A program made the translations under genes and the position numbers. The notes under the pieces are model-generated. The model was not told the origin of the DNA. It saw only the letters and a program-made list of their open reading frames with translations, and made no database searches. A DNA stretch of 63,747 bases, the filler included. It is 14 parts of 14 records of this genome, joined end to end, with 100 filler letters (N's around TTAATTAATTAA, not from the genome) between each part and the next. Parts side by side here need not be neighbours in the genome. Positions count along the whole stretch, not along the records: positions 42,077 to 55,874 come from SRR9670534_315; positions 55,975 to 58,295 come from SRR9670534_316; positions 58,396 to 61,041 come from SRR9670534_318; positions 61,142 to 63,747 come from SRR9670534_346; 10 more parts are not named here. One strand, written 5' to 3'. The number at the start of each line of letters is the position of its first letter. Positions within the stretch are counted from its first letter, which is position 1. Of the stretch, positions 51,990 to 63,747 are shown in pieces.

Positions 51990-54900
51990 TTAGGCTTTGG
52001 TGGAGGCTTTGGTGGAGGCTTTGCTTCTGTTAGTTTTGGGTGGCTTTCTGGCAACTTTAACATGCTTTTGGTCGAAAACGGTGTCATCTTCGTGGTCTTC
52101 GGCAAAGGAACTTAGGTCGGAATCAGAGATCATTAAACTTGTTCCACCATTGTACCTTTTGTCATTGGCATGCTTTTTCAGTGGTACGGTTACACCATTT
52201 TCTTTTACCCCATCACTTAATGCGTCGTCATCTGTTAACAAATTGTATCTAAAGACGTCAATCATTACAATGACTATAGTCAATTATTTCTTAATAACAA
52301 ACTACCAATTCATTTAAATATTATAAATATTATTATACAAATTTTAATTTATAAAAATATTATAAAAATTTAAAAATAAAAACTTAAATATTACAAATAT
52401 TATTATAAAAATGAAAAATATATTATAAAAATATATATTTATAAAATTTATTAATTACATTTCAAAGATTATTTAATAAACCATTTATAGTACTAAATGT
52501 TTATCGATGTGAATTGTAAAGTATGAAATAGTTCTACCTCCGCCTTTTAGCTTTTTTTGGAGACTTTTTTCGTTTGCAAAGGCAATAGATAGCCCAACCC
52601 ATGAGCGAAAAGAAAATAAGTAGTATAAAGCCTCCCAAAACAACGTAAATTTTATTCCATTCGCAATTATTCTCGTGTAGAGTCCAACGTTTCAACACAT
52701 TTTCCATCCAAAATGGTTCACAAACACAAACCTTGGTATAGGTATGACAATATCCATGACCAGAGCAATTATTTTGACAGTGGACAGTGTCAACTCCATC
52801 AATATGTAAGGAATTAAATTTGGCCATGGATAAAAATTTCTTTTTCATAACCTCCAAAGCTTCTAGACCTGATTCATAAACGTACGTTGAAGGGGTTTTC
52901 CTCAGAATATTAAATGTAAATAAAATCCTGCCATCCAATGGTATTCTTGAAACTGAAGAAAACAAAACTTTAAAATTGTCTTCTGTTACATCATCATTAA
53001 AAGCAGCTTCGATTTGATTTATGACGTCATCTAAATCCTCCTTGGCGAATATGAGGCCATTGTTGTCAATGGTGAGTTCAAGAAGATCATTTTTGTGGGG
53101 ATCAGGAATGACATGGATAACTGCAGTTTCGGTGTCTATCCCACCATCATTGTCAACCACTTTTAGCGTAAATGTGTATGTTCCCTCGACTAGGCCACCG
53201 AGTTGCAAAATTGAGGAATGTAACGAATCATTTAATACGTCACCAAAAGCAGGCGAATTGTTGCTTCGTTCCCTAAAAATTGGTCCACCATGCTTTAAAC
53301 ATTAATTAACATTTGAAAAATAATTAAATAATGTGTTTAATAATCAATATCATGTAGCACTTAAAGTAATTAATAGTTGTACTAGATGTAATTTTGCTAT
53401 GATAATTATAATTTAATATCTATACCAAATATATTCAGAAATTTGTCCATCTTCATCTTTAGATTTACTTCCATCAATGGTAACATAGCGGGCATCATTT
53501 TGCGTAAGCTCTACTTCCTTTTCTTCAATAACTGCCACTGGATTAACATTTGTTTCACCTTTATGAATGGTTATCATGACTTCGTCTGTGCCAAAATCAT
53601 CTCCATTTTCTGATGATACATTTAGTCGAAATGTGTACGTGCCAGGTTTTGGTTCAATAATGTACGCAATTGCTTTATCGGCATCAGTTATTTGCAAGTT
53701 TTGTGGTCCTTCTATTTGAGACCATTTGAAATGAACAGCCTCTTCACTTTTTGAGCCATCTAACTGTAGGTTTGTACTTGAACATGGTATTCTACATGTT
53801 ACGTCTTGTCCAGCATCAGCTTTGACTAGTTTCTGACTTGCAGCAGACCTGACAGCAACTCGAACATCTGCTTCATCGGATTGTTGTGCTTCATCGGTGA
53901 CTTTCAGGGTGAAAACATAGTCACCTGCTTTTAAATTTTTTAACTTTAAGTGGGGAGAATGGACACCATCCATGTCTGCAGTTGGTGAATCTGGACTTTT
54001 CCTCCATTCAAAGCTAAGTTTGTCAATACCTTTATCGTCTGTACTTTTGCTTCCATTTAACGTAACTTCATTTTGTGGTAATGTAAGAACAACATCAGAA
54101 CCTGCATTTGCTGTTGGTGGTGTATCAATTTGTGTAGCTATAACATTGGCCGTATCAACTGATGACAGTCCATCCTTGTCAACAACGGTTAGACTTATTG
54201 TATAATTTCCTGCGACAAGGTCATTTAAGGTTAGGATTGGTTTTGTCGAAGAAATTTCGTGCGCATCTAGAGGTCCACTATCTAAGGCCCATTGGTAGCT
54301 GACTATGCCACCATCATCATCATCACTAGAATCTAAACATTTTTATTATTATTGATACAGTTTTAATTACCACTACCTATGTGAAAGCAGTAATAACTTG
54401 TATTTCATATTACCTGTTCCATCAAGGATGCACTCATTTGGAAAAATACATTCCATCATCTTAGGTTTAATCACTGCAATAGGTGGCTGGTTTGCCTTAA
54501 GTTCCTCCAAAATAGAAACATTAATTCGAGCAGAACCAATTGCATTTCCAGACTCAGAGCGAACGGATACTTCAAAAATATATTCACCTGGAATTAAATC
54601 TTTTACAAAGGCATTGGCCATTGTCTTGTCTTCAATATTTCCTATCGAAGTTACCTCATCAGGCTTATCAGGATGTGAGATTACAGACCATGAATAGGTT
54701 AACTTTTCACCAATGTCGGGTGAAACTTTTGGAGAAAATGTTGCAGAATTTTCGGGCAGATGAAGAACTAGCGTTGGTTGTAGCGTAACATTAAGATGAA
54801 TTTTCCCTTTGGTTGTTGAACTAACTGTAGTAATAGTTGTAGTCTCTGATATAGGTTGACAAAAACCAAATCTGGCATGAACACTTGAAATACATTGAAA

Positions 54901-55587
54901 ACCATCAGGACATTCTTTGATACCAAGTATACAATCTTCGGTAAACGGATTGGTCGTTTTTGGTGCATTTGAAGTGCTTTTGGACGAGTTAGCACCATTG
55001 TTGTCATTGTTAAGCTCTGGAATGCATTTATTTGATGTGTTGCTGTACATAAAGCCATTGGAACACAAACATAGTTTATTTTGCACATCGATTAGCACAC
55101 AATCTTCATTGTCATCGCATCCTTTGTTTGGGTCGGTTGAACAATTTGTAATTAAACGATTATAGTCATTGGTATTTAATTTCTTTAGACGACTGGATAA
55201 TTCTGCAATAACTTTCGACTCTTGATGGGTACGTACTTGAACCATAAAAGAGTCTTTGTATTCTTCCTTAGCAACAGGTTTGCAACTTTCATCAGAAGTG
55301 CAAGCTATCAAGAGACATCTGTCTTCATGCATAAAGGCAACATTACAAGAATCTTGTGAACAACACTCAGCCACGCAATCAGCATCGGAATTATATCTTG
55401 TGTACTTCAGGTATTTCCCAGCAGCATCCTCATCCGTCGGACCTTTTCCAATAATCTTGTATTTAGTTAAAGTTTCAGTATCGATGTGTTCATTTGTAAG
55501 AAGTGTGCAAATGTCTTCTTCAAGTTCTGTACAATAGACAGTCGTGACTAACACACAAACAAACAACCATGCCCACCAAGAAACCAT
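51990..55587 (-). CDS. KIAA0319L: KIAA0319/KIAA0319-like (AAVR) homologue: MANEC domain, PKD repeats, EGF-like domain, TM helix
   Basis: Signal MVSWWAWLFVCVLV, MANEC CVAECCSQDSCNVAF, PKD motifs (NQPPIAVI, YVFTLKVTD, GTYTFTLKVVD), CQNNCSGHGYCHTYTKVCVCEPFWMEN, a TM helix and the cytoplasmic SLMISDSD. Confidence 0.92.
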
Positions 55588-55974
55588 AGTATGTACGTGT
55601 ATGTACCAGATGCCTAAAACAATGTACGTAACTGTAGCATGTACAAATAGGTACATATTTTGTCTACAATGGTGTGGACATACCTAGGTAAATGCACAGA
55701 GGTACTTAATAGGTAGTATGTAACAGCAATACATAGTGGCACATATTGGCAATATGTGTTGATTGATTGAATATTATACTGTGTAACATACCTGTGTACA
55801 CAGCTAATTCATTGCGCAATACAGATACCAGGTACCTACGTACCTATTAGAGTTAGTCAACTTTAACTTTATCANNNNNNNNNNNNNNNNNNNNNNNNNN
55901 NNNNNNNNNNNNNNNNNNTTAATTAATTAANNNNNNNNNNNNNNNNNNNNNNNNNNNNNNNNNNNNNNNNNNNN

Positions 55975-56215
55975 TAGTTACATTATAGTACAATATATAT
56001 TATAGTACTATAGTTTTACATTACGGTATAATATTATATTATGCTATATTATCAATAATTATGGTACTATAGTATTATGGTATTGTAGTATACTGTATTA
56101 TAGTAGTATACTGTATTATGGTATTATAGTGTATTATACTGTACTATAGGATATGGTATTATAGTATAGGTACTATAGTATTATGGTATTATAATAATAT
56201 AGTATATTATATTGC
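55975..56215. repeat. Low-complexity TATAGTATTATGG-type repeat
   Basis: Repeated tatagtattatggtat and tatactgtatta units at the contig start. Confidence 0.65.
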
Positions 56216-57044
56216 ATGTATACAATTCAATTGAATTGCTATATTATTTATATGTTTGTTTTAGGATGTTATGAAAACATTTGTTTTGGCCAATGATTTG
56301 ACATCTGATGCCCTAAGTGTTAGGACTGAACTATAATCTTTTTAGTAAAGAATCTTTACATTCTCTACAGTGTACAATGTACACTTATTAATTTGCTCAG
56401 ACCATTTTATGATCTTTGTTATTAAATTATGAACAACATCATCTGTGATATAAAGTTTTGTTAAAAACTGCTTTCTTAAAAAATTTTTTGCTATTTTTTA
56501 ATAAACCCAATCTTTGAAATGCTATGTAACATTACTAACATATGGCAAAAAGTGCAGTACCTATAATTTATTGTGTAAAACAAAAAACAAAACATAATAA
56601 GGAGCATTTTTCCGAAAAAAATCAAAACTTAAAAATAGAGGAGATTTTATAGATAAGTAAAACTAATAGAATTGTATCTACTCGTTTCTAATGTTGATAT
56701 CGATATACATCAGAGATTATAAAATTTTCAAGATGTATGCGAGTATTGAAACATTAATGAAATCTCTAATTTACAATGAAATCTCTAATTTGAGAAAACA
56801 GAAATATTTACAATTGACATGAAATATTGCCGAACACAATAAAAGTATGCTTTGAAGAATACCTAATTACTAGATTCTACAGTAATACTTAATAAATACG
56901 ATAAAAAATCGAACAAATAAATACTATTAAACATCGGATCGAATAAATAAATTAATTAATTAAAAGCCCGATAACCTAATTTTACTCTTAGCTTGTAAAA
57001 GTTATAAAAGAACACGAACATTTATAACAACTAACTGCAGAAAG

Positions 57045-58073
57045 TTAGAATTTATATGAAATATTTTCTTCTACGGTAAAAATTCCAGGGTGTGGTTTTT
57101 CAGGCACTTGACCATCCTGGTCATTTTTACCCTTACTTTTGCAAGCTTTGCAAAACAACAGCTTTTTCAGAATGGCATCGTACGGTTTTAGCGATCTCAA
57201 GGGTCTGGGCAACCATTCCCACTTTTTCACCCTGTCTGGAACTACATCTCTGCTACATTTAGCCTTGGTTAATAGATTTATCGTCGCAATTATCAGAATG
57301 ATAATAATGAGAATGATATACAACGTAATTGCCGCCCAAAGGTGTATCAAACTCAAGCCAAAGGTAATTCCAGGTAACACCAAGAACAACACCAAAAGGT
57401 AGGCAATAGCAAACCACCTGTACTTATGAGTGGTTCTTCCCAAAAGCGTTGCCAATCCAATGGGCGCTTTTCTCATAAATGGGATGGGGTAAAATATCAA
57501 AATTCCACAGATATTGAAGAAGCAATGGCAAAGTGCTATTTGGAGGGCACTGGACAGCTTTTCAGGATCACTTGCCATAGCAGCCAAAAGGCCGGTTACC
57601 GTTGTTCCCAAATTAGATCCAAGAGTGAAGGGGTAAACCGTTTTCAATTCTATAATTCCAATACCCACCAAAGGGGTCAACGTGCTCGTGAAGACTGAAC
57701 TACTTTGAACCAGAACTGTGAAAACAGCTCCAAGCAGAATGAAAAAGTAGCCAGTTAGACAAGCAGCTTTGCCAGGAAATTTAGCGTTTACATACTTTTT
57801 AATGACAACTCTAATCTTGCCTTGGAGGAGCAACCCCAACATTCTAACCATTGAAATAAGGGTAAGGGTAAGCAGGATGAGGGAAAAGATCAGGACAATT
57901 ACTCCACTTGCCGTATCATTGAGATTGAAATAATTGATCAGGTGGACACATTTTTCTGTTCCAATCTCGCTTTGGTTAAATATACCAGTTCCATTATCAA
58001 AAGTGGCATTATTCCATACCATTTCATGCTCACAGTAAACCTTCAGAATTCTGTCATCGGTATTCAGAAATGC
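57045..58073 (-). CDS. SLC34A: SLC34 sodium-dependent phosphate cotransporter, last exon (5'-truncated gene)
   Basis: VQSSSVFTSTLTPLVGIG, YPFTLGSNLGTT, ALQIALCHCFFNICGILIFYPIP, KYRWFA and WEWLPRPLRSLKPYD. AG acceptor before 58073. Confidence 0.93.
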   Translation of the reverse strand, partial: AFLNTDDRILKVYCEHEMVWNNATFDNGTGIFNQSEIGTEKCVHLINYFNLNDTASGVIVLIFSLILLTLTLISMVRMLGLLLQGKIRVVIKKYVNAKFPGKAACLTGYFFILLGAVFTVLVQSSSVFTSTLTPLVGIGIIELKTVYPFTLGSNLGTTVTGLLAAMASDPEKLSSALQIALCHCFFNICGILIFYPIPFMRKAPIGLATLLGRTTHKYRWFAIAYLLVLFLVLPGITFGLSLIHLWAAITLYIILIIIILIIATINLLTKAKCSRDVVPDRVKKWEWLPRPLRSLKPYDAILKKLLFCKACKSKGKNDQDGQVPEKPHPGIFTVEENISYKF

Positions 58074-58811
58074 CTAAAGATAATAGTTAACTATTGTCAA
58101 TTGACGCTAGTATCGACATTGAAAAGTTGTCATTTATCATGAATCGATTCATTGTGATCATTTTGGGTGACCAGTCACTCCACGGATAACAATGATTACA
58201 TCAATTCTCTGATGATAACGCCGTGTCGATTGGACACTGTCGAAACATGTAAGCAATGTCGAGATAATAGTGTATTCTGCACGAGTAGAAGAAATNNNNN
58301 NNNNNNNNNNNNNNNNNNNNNNNNNNNNNNNNNNNNNNNTTAATTAATTAANNNNNNNNNNNNNNNNNNNNNNNNNNNNNNNNNNNNNNNNNNNNATATA
58401 TATATATATATATATAATTTAATAAATTATAGTATAATTATGATACCTATAATAATTTGCAAATTTATTAATTATTATTATTTTTGAATTTTAATAATGT
58501 CTATATAAATATATAATTTATTATAAGAATTCCTTACTAATGGAGGAAGAACATTAGCAATTGTATTATACAATTTGCATATAAACTCTTTATAAAAATA
58601 ACAATAGGCTCCTATGCAATTGTATTGTACAATTTGTATACAATAGTCTTATGAGAATAATTATAGGTTCCTATACAAAAGTTTCTAAAGATTCAAAGGA
58701 ACTTATTTGTGTGTTGTTTATGACAACCTCTTATGGGGTACTATTATTTACTTTCAAGAAAGAGCCCTTTCTCTTTCATTTATTATACCTAGCAAAAGTT
58801 TCATCAGAATA

Positions 58812-60120
58812 ATGAAGCAAATGTTTAAAGTCTTGCTTTTCCTTTGTTTTTCTATTATATCATGTGCAAGTGTTACTACAGAAGTCAATGAACTTTCTAC
58901 TGAACCTGAAATACCATGTGATACCACTGATTTAACAGCAACCTCATCTACTTCTACATCTACCATATTTATTAGTTCCACAATCTCAACTTCTGAAGGT
59001 GAAATTTCAACAGAATCCTCACAATCAAATGTTACAACAGAACTAGGTATTGCCAATTTTTAGCAAATATCAGATTAATTAAATTATTTAACTTAAATAG
59101 GTTATGATAAACACAACATAATAGAACTAATAATAGGTTGTTAATAATTATTACAATAATAATAACTTATTAGTTTTTCAAAAGTGCACTTAATTCTAAC
59201 AGAAAGATTTATTAAATATTTTGTAGTATGCAAGAAAACACTTTTTAAGTTAATTTTAGTTTTATTTTCAGCCTCTACAACATTTCAACCAAATTCAACT
59301 GCTGTAAATATTTTTGTAAGTAAATAAATTGTAAACATTTGATAATTATTAAAAATGATTTTTAAAATTTAGTCTTGTTACTTTGGCATTGTTGGAGATT
59401 GTGAAGTTGATTTTGAAGATGAAGATTTAGGAGTAGATGATTTAAGAATTTGTGCCATTTCAATGGAAACATCAATCACCACATGTGAAGATAATTGCTA
59501 TGTAATACTTGCTAATAAAATTTACTATAATTTATAATTACCAAAACTAAAAACATTTATTATAGTAATTAATTAATATATGATATAGTAAATTATTGAA
59601 TAACCTTCTTTAATTTTAGTAATAGAAATTAATAATAACTATACATAATTATTAATAATAACTATAATAACAAGTATAAATGATTAATAATAATTATAAT
59701 AAAAGTACTATCAAAAAATACTTAATTATAACTATTATTAATTATTTATTATTCATTACTGACAAGTAATTTTGAAAGTTTTGTAAAATTTATCATTATT
59801 ATAAATTCATTTAATTATAATATAATTTATATGAATAGTATTATTATTAGATTTCATTAACAAAACTAAATGATGATAATTTTGTTGACCTAAAAGCAGC
59901 TTGTGGTCCTTGTGAAGATGGTGTATGCACAGAAACTGCAGATCAAATTAAATGCTACAGCTTATGTTGTACAAGTGATAACTGTAATAGCTTTACAATG
60001 AACAAAATCATCAATCTTTATGATCTGTTTGCTACAGAAGCATCAGGACAAGCAACCCTATTTGCTAATGTGATATCATTGTTTACTTTCATATTTACAA
60101 ATATTATATTTATATTATGA
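58812..60120 (+). CDS. Ly6/uPAR (three-finger) GPI-anchored protein with an N-terminal Ser/Thr-rich segment, 4 exons
   Basis: Signal MKQMFKVLLFLCFSIISCA, a mucin-like stretch, SCYFG...CEDNCY|ISLTK...CGPCEDGVC...CYSLCCTSDNCN (the CCxxDxCN motif) and a hydrophobic C-terminus ending TGA 60118-60120. Confidence 0.75.
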
Positions 60121-61336
60121 TGCAATTGCAATTTTATGAATGGTAGTAGCAAAAGATGTAAATCATACAAATAAAGTTTTTCTAACAGCATCTCTTGACA
60201 TTACATGACATCTTTCACATTTTACAAATTACAATAATTTAAATTTAATTTTACTAAATGTGGTTTAGTTATTTAATTTTGCTAATATAACTATTGGCAA
60301 ATATGGTAATTAAACTATAAGCACTAATTAAATTATAGTTAACTTTATTTTAATAACTATAATAATAAGTTATTATAAAATATCATTTTATTAAAACATT
60401 AAAACTTTTATTAAAACAATAAAATTTGATGCAAATTATAGCATTGTTGATATTCATATTGCTCTTCTGTCATACTCTATCATACAGCATGTAGAGCCGT
60501 AAACATGTGGTGCACCACCTGTAATGCCCCAATGATCTAGGCAAGGGCTTACTAGAAGTTCTAAAGACAGCACATATATTATTTACTTTCCTAAATACAA
60601 TATGCATACTATATTATTATTTATTATTAAACTGGATAGCATTTTGTGTTTGCATTTATAACATAATTACTGTCTATATTATATATACTATTATTGTATT
60701 TTATGTGACATTATGTCATTATCATTTTTATTGTATTTTATATAAATCACATATGACATATGTCATTATCATTTATTATATTATCATTTATATTATATTA
60801 TACTATAGTGTATATATTTATATTATATTATCAATTATCATTCATCGAGCAACACACACTGTGTCACACAGTAGGCAAAATCCAAAAGATTCCACAATAT
60901 TATCAATGATAATTTATCATCTACATTTTGCAGAAAATGCAAAAAGCGGTAAATATTCATGCATCCCAGCGTAAATGAGCTCCCCAGGGTAATTTATTAT
61001 TAAAAAACATTGTAGTTTATTTTCATACATATTTATAAAGANNNNNNNNNNNNNNNNNNNNNNNNNNNNNNNNNNNNNNNNNNNNTTAATTAATTAANNN
61101 NNNNNNNNNNNNNNNNNNNNNNNNNNNNNNNNNNNNNNNNNAGTGCACTGTAACAAGGTACTTGTTACAATTACATATATTATAACGATATATGTAATAA
61201 TAATATAGGTATAGGTATAAGTAACCTTAGGGCAGGAATACATCATCACAATAAATATTGAAAACATAAAGTAACATATTGTAATAAATTAAATAAATTA
61301 AGTAACAGAAACAATTATGTTATTTTATCACCAGGT

Positions 61337-63747
61337 ATCCCTACCCCAAAGGATGCTAATTTAAACCTAAACACATGTTATAGATATGATGTTACCACCA
61401 ATTCAGACACATATCCTAGATATGATGTCACTACCAAACTAAAGACATGCAAGAGGCATGATGTCACCGCCAACTCAGACACATATCTTAGATATGCTAT
61501 TACCGCTAACTCAGACACATGTCATAGGCATAATGTTACTGCTAATTTAATTACACATGACATTGACTTATGTTATAGAAATACTACTATAAAAGCAATT
61601 AGTTGTCATACTAATATGACACAAGATACAACACAAGATGACAAATGTTATAGACATTTTGTTTCATCTGTAAATGATAATTGTCATGATGACATTATAC
61701 TAGCAACAACAACAACAAAAGAACCTGTTGCCAAAGGGACACCTCCCATTGACAAGGCTTCAAATTTTCTAACTAAGCGTATAGTTAGATTAAATAACAA
61801 AGGTCTTGATGACATTACACTAACAGCAACAGCAACAACAAAAGAACCTGTTGCCAAAGGGGCACTCCCCATTGACAAGAATACAAATTTCCTAACCAAA
61901 CATACAGTAAGGTTTATACTAAGCACATTCTCCAACAATACTACCACAAAATCTTCATTATACCCAAAAATCAAATCTACAGACTCTACCAACATTATGG
62001 CCCAGAATGTTATTAGCATAATATATAAAAAAGCCTTTTTGATAAATACCTTAAAAGAACATGACATTGATGTATTTGCTCTAACAGAGACCCATCTGAG
62101 TGAAGATATCCCCTTTATAGTCCCTAACTACAATATAATTAGAGCAGATAGAGACAGAATTAATCTTACTAAATGAGATGAAGTTATGATTGGCATAAAA
62201 AACTCATTAACATACCAAATCCATGAAATTAACCAATCAATGGAGTATGCTTTGGTTATAATCAGCAGTAAGCAAGCTGAAATCCTACTATATGTGGTTT
62301 ATAGGAGGCCTTTCAGCACAATAGATGAAGACAAACTACTTTATAAATCTCTTAAGAATTCCATCAAAAAGGCACATCCAAATTTTCTTCATTATTTTCA
62401 TAACATTTACATTCTTGGGGATCTCAATTATCCACATATAGATTAGGAAACTGATACATTTCCAGGAGCCTAGAATATTGTCTTCCAAAAGTTTCTGAAC
62501 TCTATCTTCTGTAAGAATATATAAAAACAACCAACTAGAAAATCTAACATACTCAATTTAATTTTCACATATCATTCCGATCATGTCTTCACGTAGGCTA
62601 TTAAGGCATCCAGTGTGAAATCTGATCATCTTATGACAAAATGCTCTGTTAGCTTTCCTATAAAAGATCCAAAGGCTTTACCACCATTATATAATTGGTA
62701 TAAAGTGGACTATCTGAATCTCTACTTATCATTGGAAAAGGCTAGTGATTCCATCATAATTACATCATCATCCAAGCCTAAAAATATTGACAAATGTTGG
62801 GAAAGCATTAAGAATATGATCAAATCATGCATGGACAAACATGTGCCTCTGAAGAAGGCTATCTCAGGCCTTAAAAGGTGGATAATACATGAATCACCAG
62901 AGGTAAGATGTATCAAGCAAATTAGAAACAGAGCACTAAGACATTCTCAATTTGCCAAATCTAAGAAAAATAGGATAAACATTAACTATAACATAGTTAA
63001 AGATTTAAATCTTCAGGTTAGGCATAAGGTTAAATGAGAATTACACAAACAGGAACACAGAAACTCCAAGCTACAACAACATAACTCAAAAGCTTTCTGG
63101 AATAATGCAAACAAACATAGGAATCAAATTTTTAAGATCCTACCCTTGAAGAACAAAGAAGGAAAACTTTGTACAGACAATCTGAATAAGGCAAACATTC
63201 TGAATGACTATTTCCAATCAGTTTTTACCAAGGAAAAGAGAAAATCATTTTCTGATACTAAGATCTGTCCAAAGGATTTTGTCCACATGGACTTTATATT
63301 CTGAGATCTAACAGAGGCAATTAAGACATCAAATAACGACACTTCACCTGGACTCAACGAGAAACCTATCAACCTTTATAAGCATACAGAGCTAAAATTT
63401 AAGCAAATGTTGCTTAAATTCTATAACCATCTTATGAAAACAGGCAGTTATCCATCTGAATGGAAAAAATCATAACCCCTTTATATAAAAAGGGTAAGAG
63501 AAATGATCCAAAAAACTATCAACTAGTTGCCCTGACATCTGTAGCCAGCAAACTTTTGGAATCCATGCTCAGAAAGAGGATTGAGATGTTTTGGACTTCT
63601 ACCAATTTCCTGAGCAATTCACAACATGGATTTCTTCAGGGAAAGGACTGTGTGTCCCAAATGGTTGAATATACCAACTACATACTCAAAAATTATAAGG
63701 AAAATATGCCAATCCACACAGTTTACACAGACTTTCAAAAAGCATTT
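61337..63747 (+). mobile_element. Decayed non-LTR retrotransposon (CR1/L2-like), APE endonuclease plus RT, with stops and frameshifts
   Basis: DVFALTETHL, YNIIRADR, VVYRRP, ILGDLNYP, PTRKSNIL, SDH, KANILNDYFQSVF, YPSEWK, LTSVASKLLE, SQHGF and YTDFQKAF, interrupted by several in-frame stops. Confidence 0.88.
61373..61552 (+). repeat. Five ~36-bp tandem repeats (12-aa units)
   Basis: Translates to TCYRYDVTTNSD / TYPRYDVTTKLK / TCKRHDVTANSD / TYLRYAITANSD / TCHRHNVTANLI. Confidence 0.8.

Noticed and set aside
61373-61552. 36-bp periodicity as a CRISPR array
   Set aside because: The units are contiguous degenerate coding repeats without unique spacers, and no cas genes are present.

Overview
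This is not a prokaryotic window. It is AT-rich invertebrate (metazoan) genomic DNA: 14 contigs joined by 13 artificial 100-bp linkers (N44-TTAATTAATTAA-N44), so adjacency across a linker has no biological meaning. Genes are compact, with mostly short GT-AG introns. Recognisable genes are a PAN/Apple-domain membrane protein, an LRR-like ORF, Id/emc, the ANKRD11/12 3' part, C/EBP, TPGS1-like, a SPRY-like/TIR/CaaX protein, a receptor guanylate-cyclase-like 3' fragment, CCDC81, a tRNA-Lys fragment, a secreted degenerate LRR protein, PHYHD1, polybromo, SPOP, acetylcholinesterase, KIAA0319-like, the SLC34 last exon and a Ly6/LU GPI protein. Mobile elements are a Gypsy gag-pol fragment, a decayed LINE and a possible piggyBac end. 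The most interesting signals are: (1) an AChE gene with both a WAT tetramerisation terminal exon and a GPI-type terminal exon; (2) a CRE plus GRCGNC-N5-GTCTG BMP/Smad element upstream of Id; (3) a TIR protein ending in CaaX with Asp at the presumed catalytic Glu position; (4) a cyclase domain lacking its catalytic residues; (5) a UUUAAAC -1 frameshift site with a candidate pseudoknot; (6) strong CpG loss in transposons and a few gene contigs; (7) recurrent palindromes and GTAC-rich islands in non-coding DNA. All calls come from manual translation and recalled family motifs. No database searches were run and counts are by eye.
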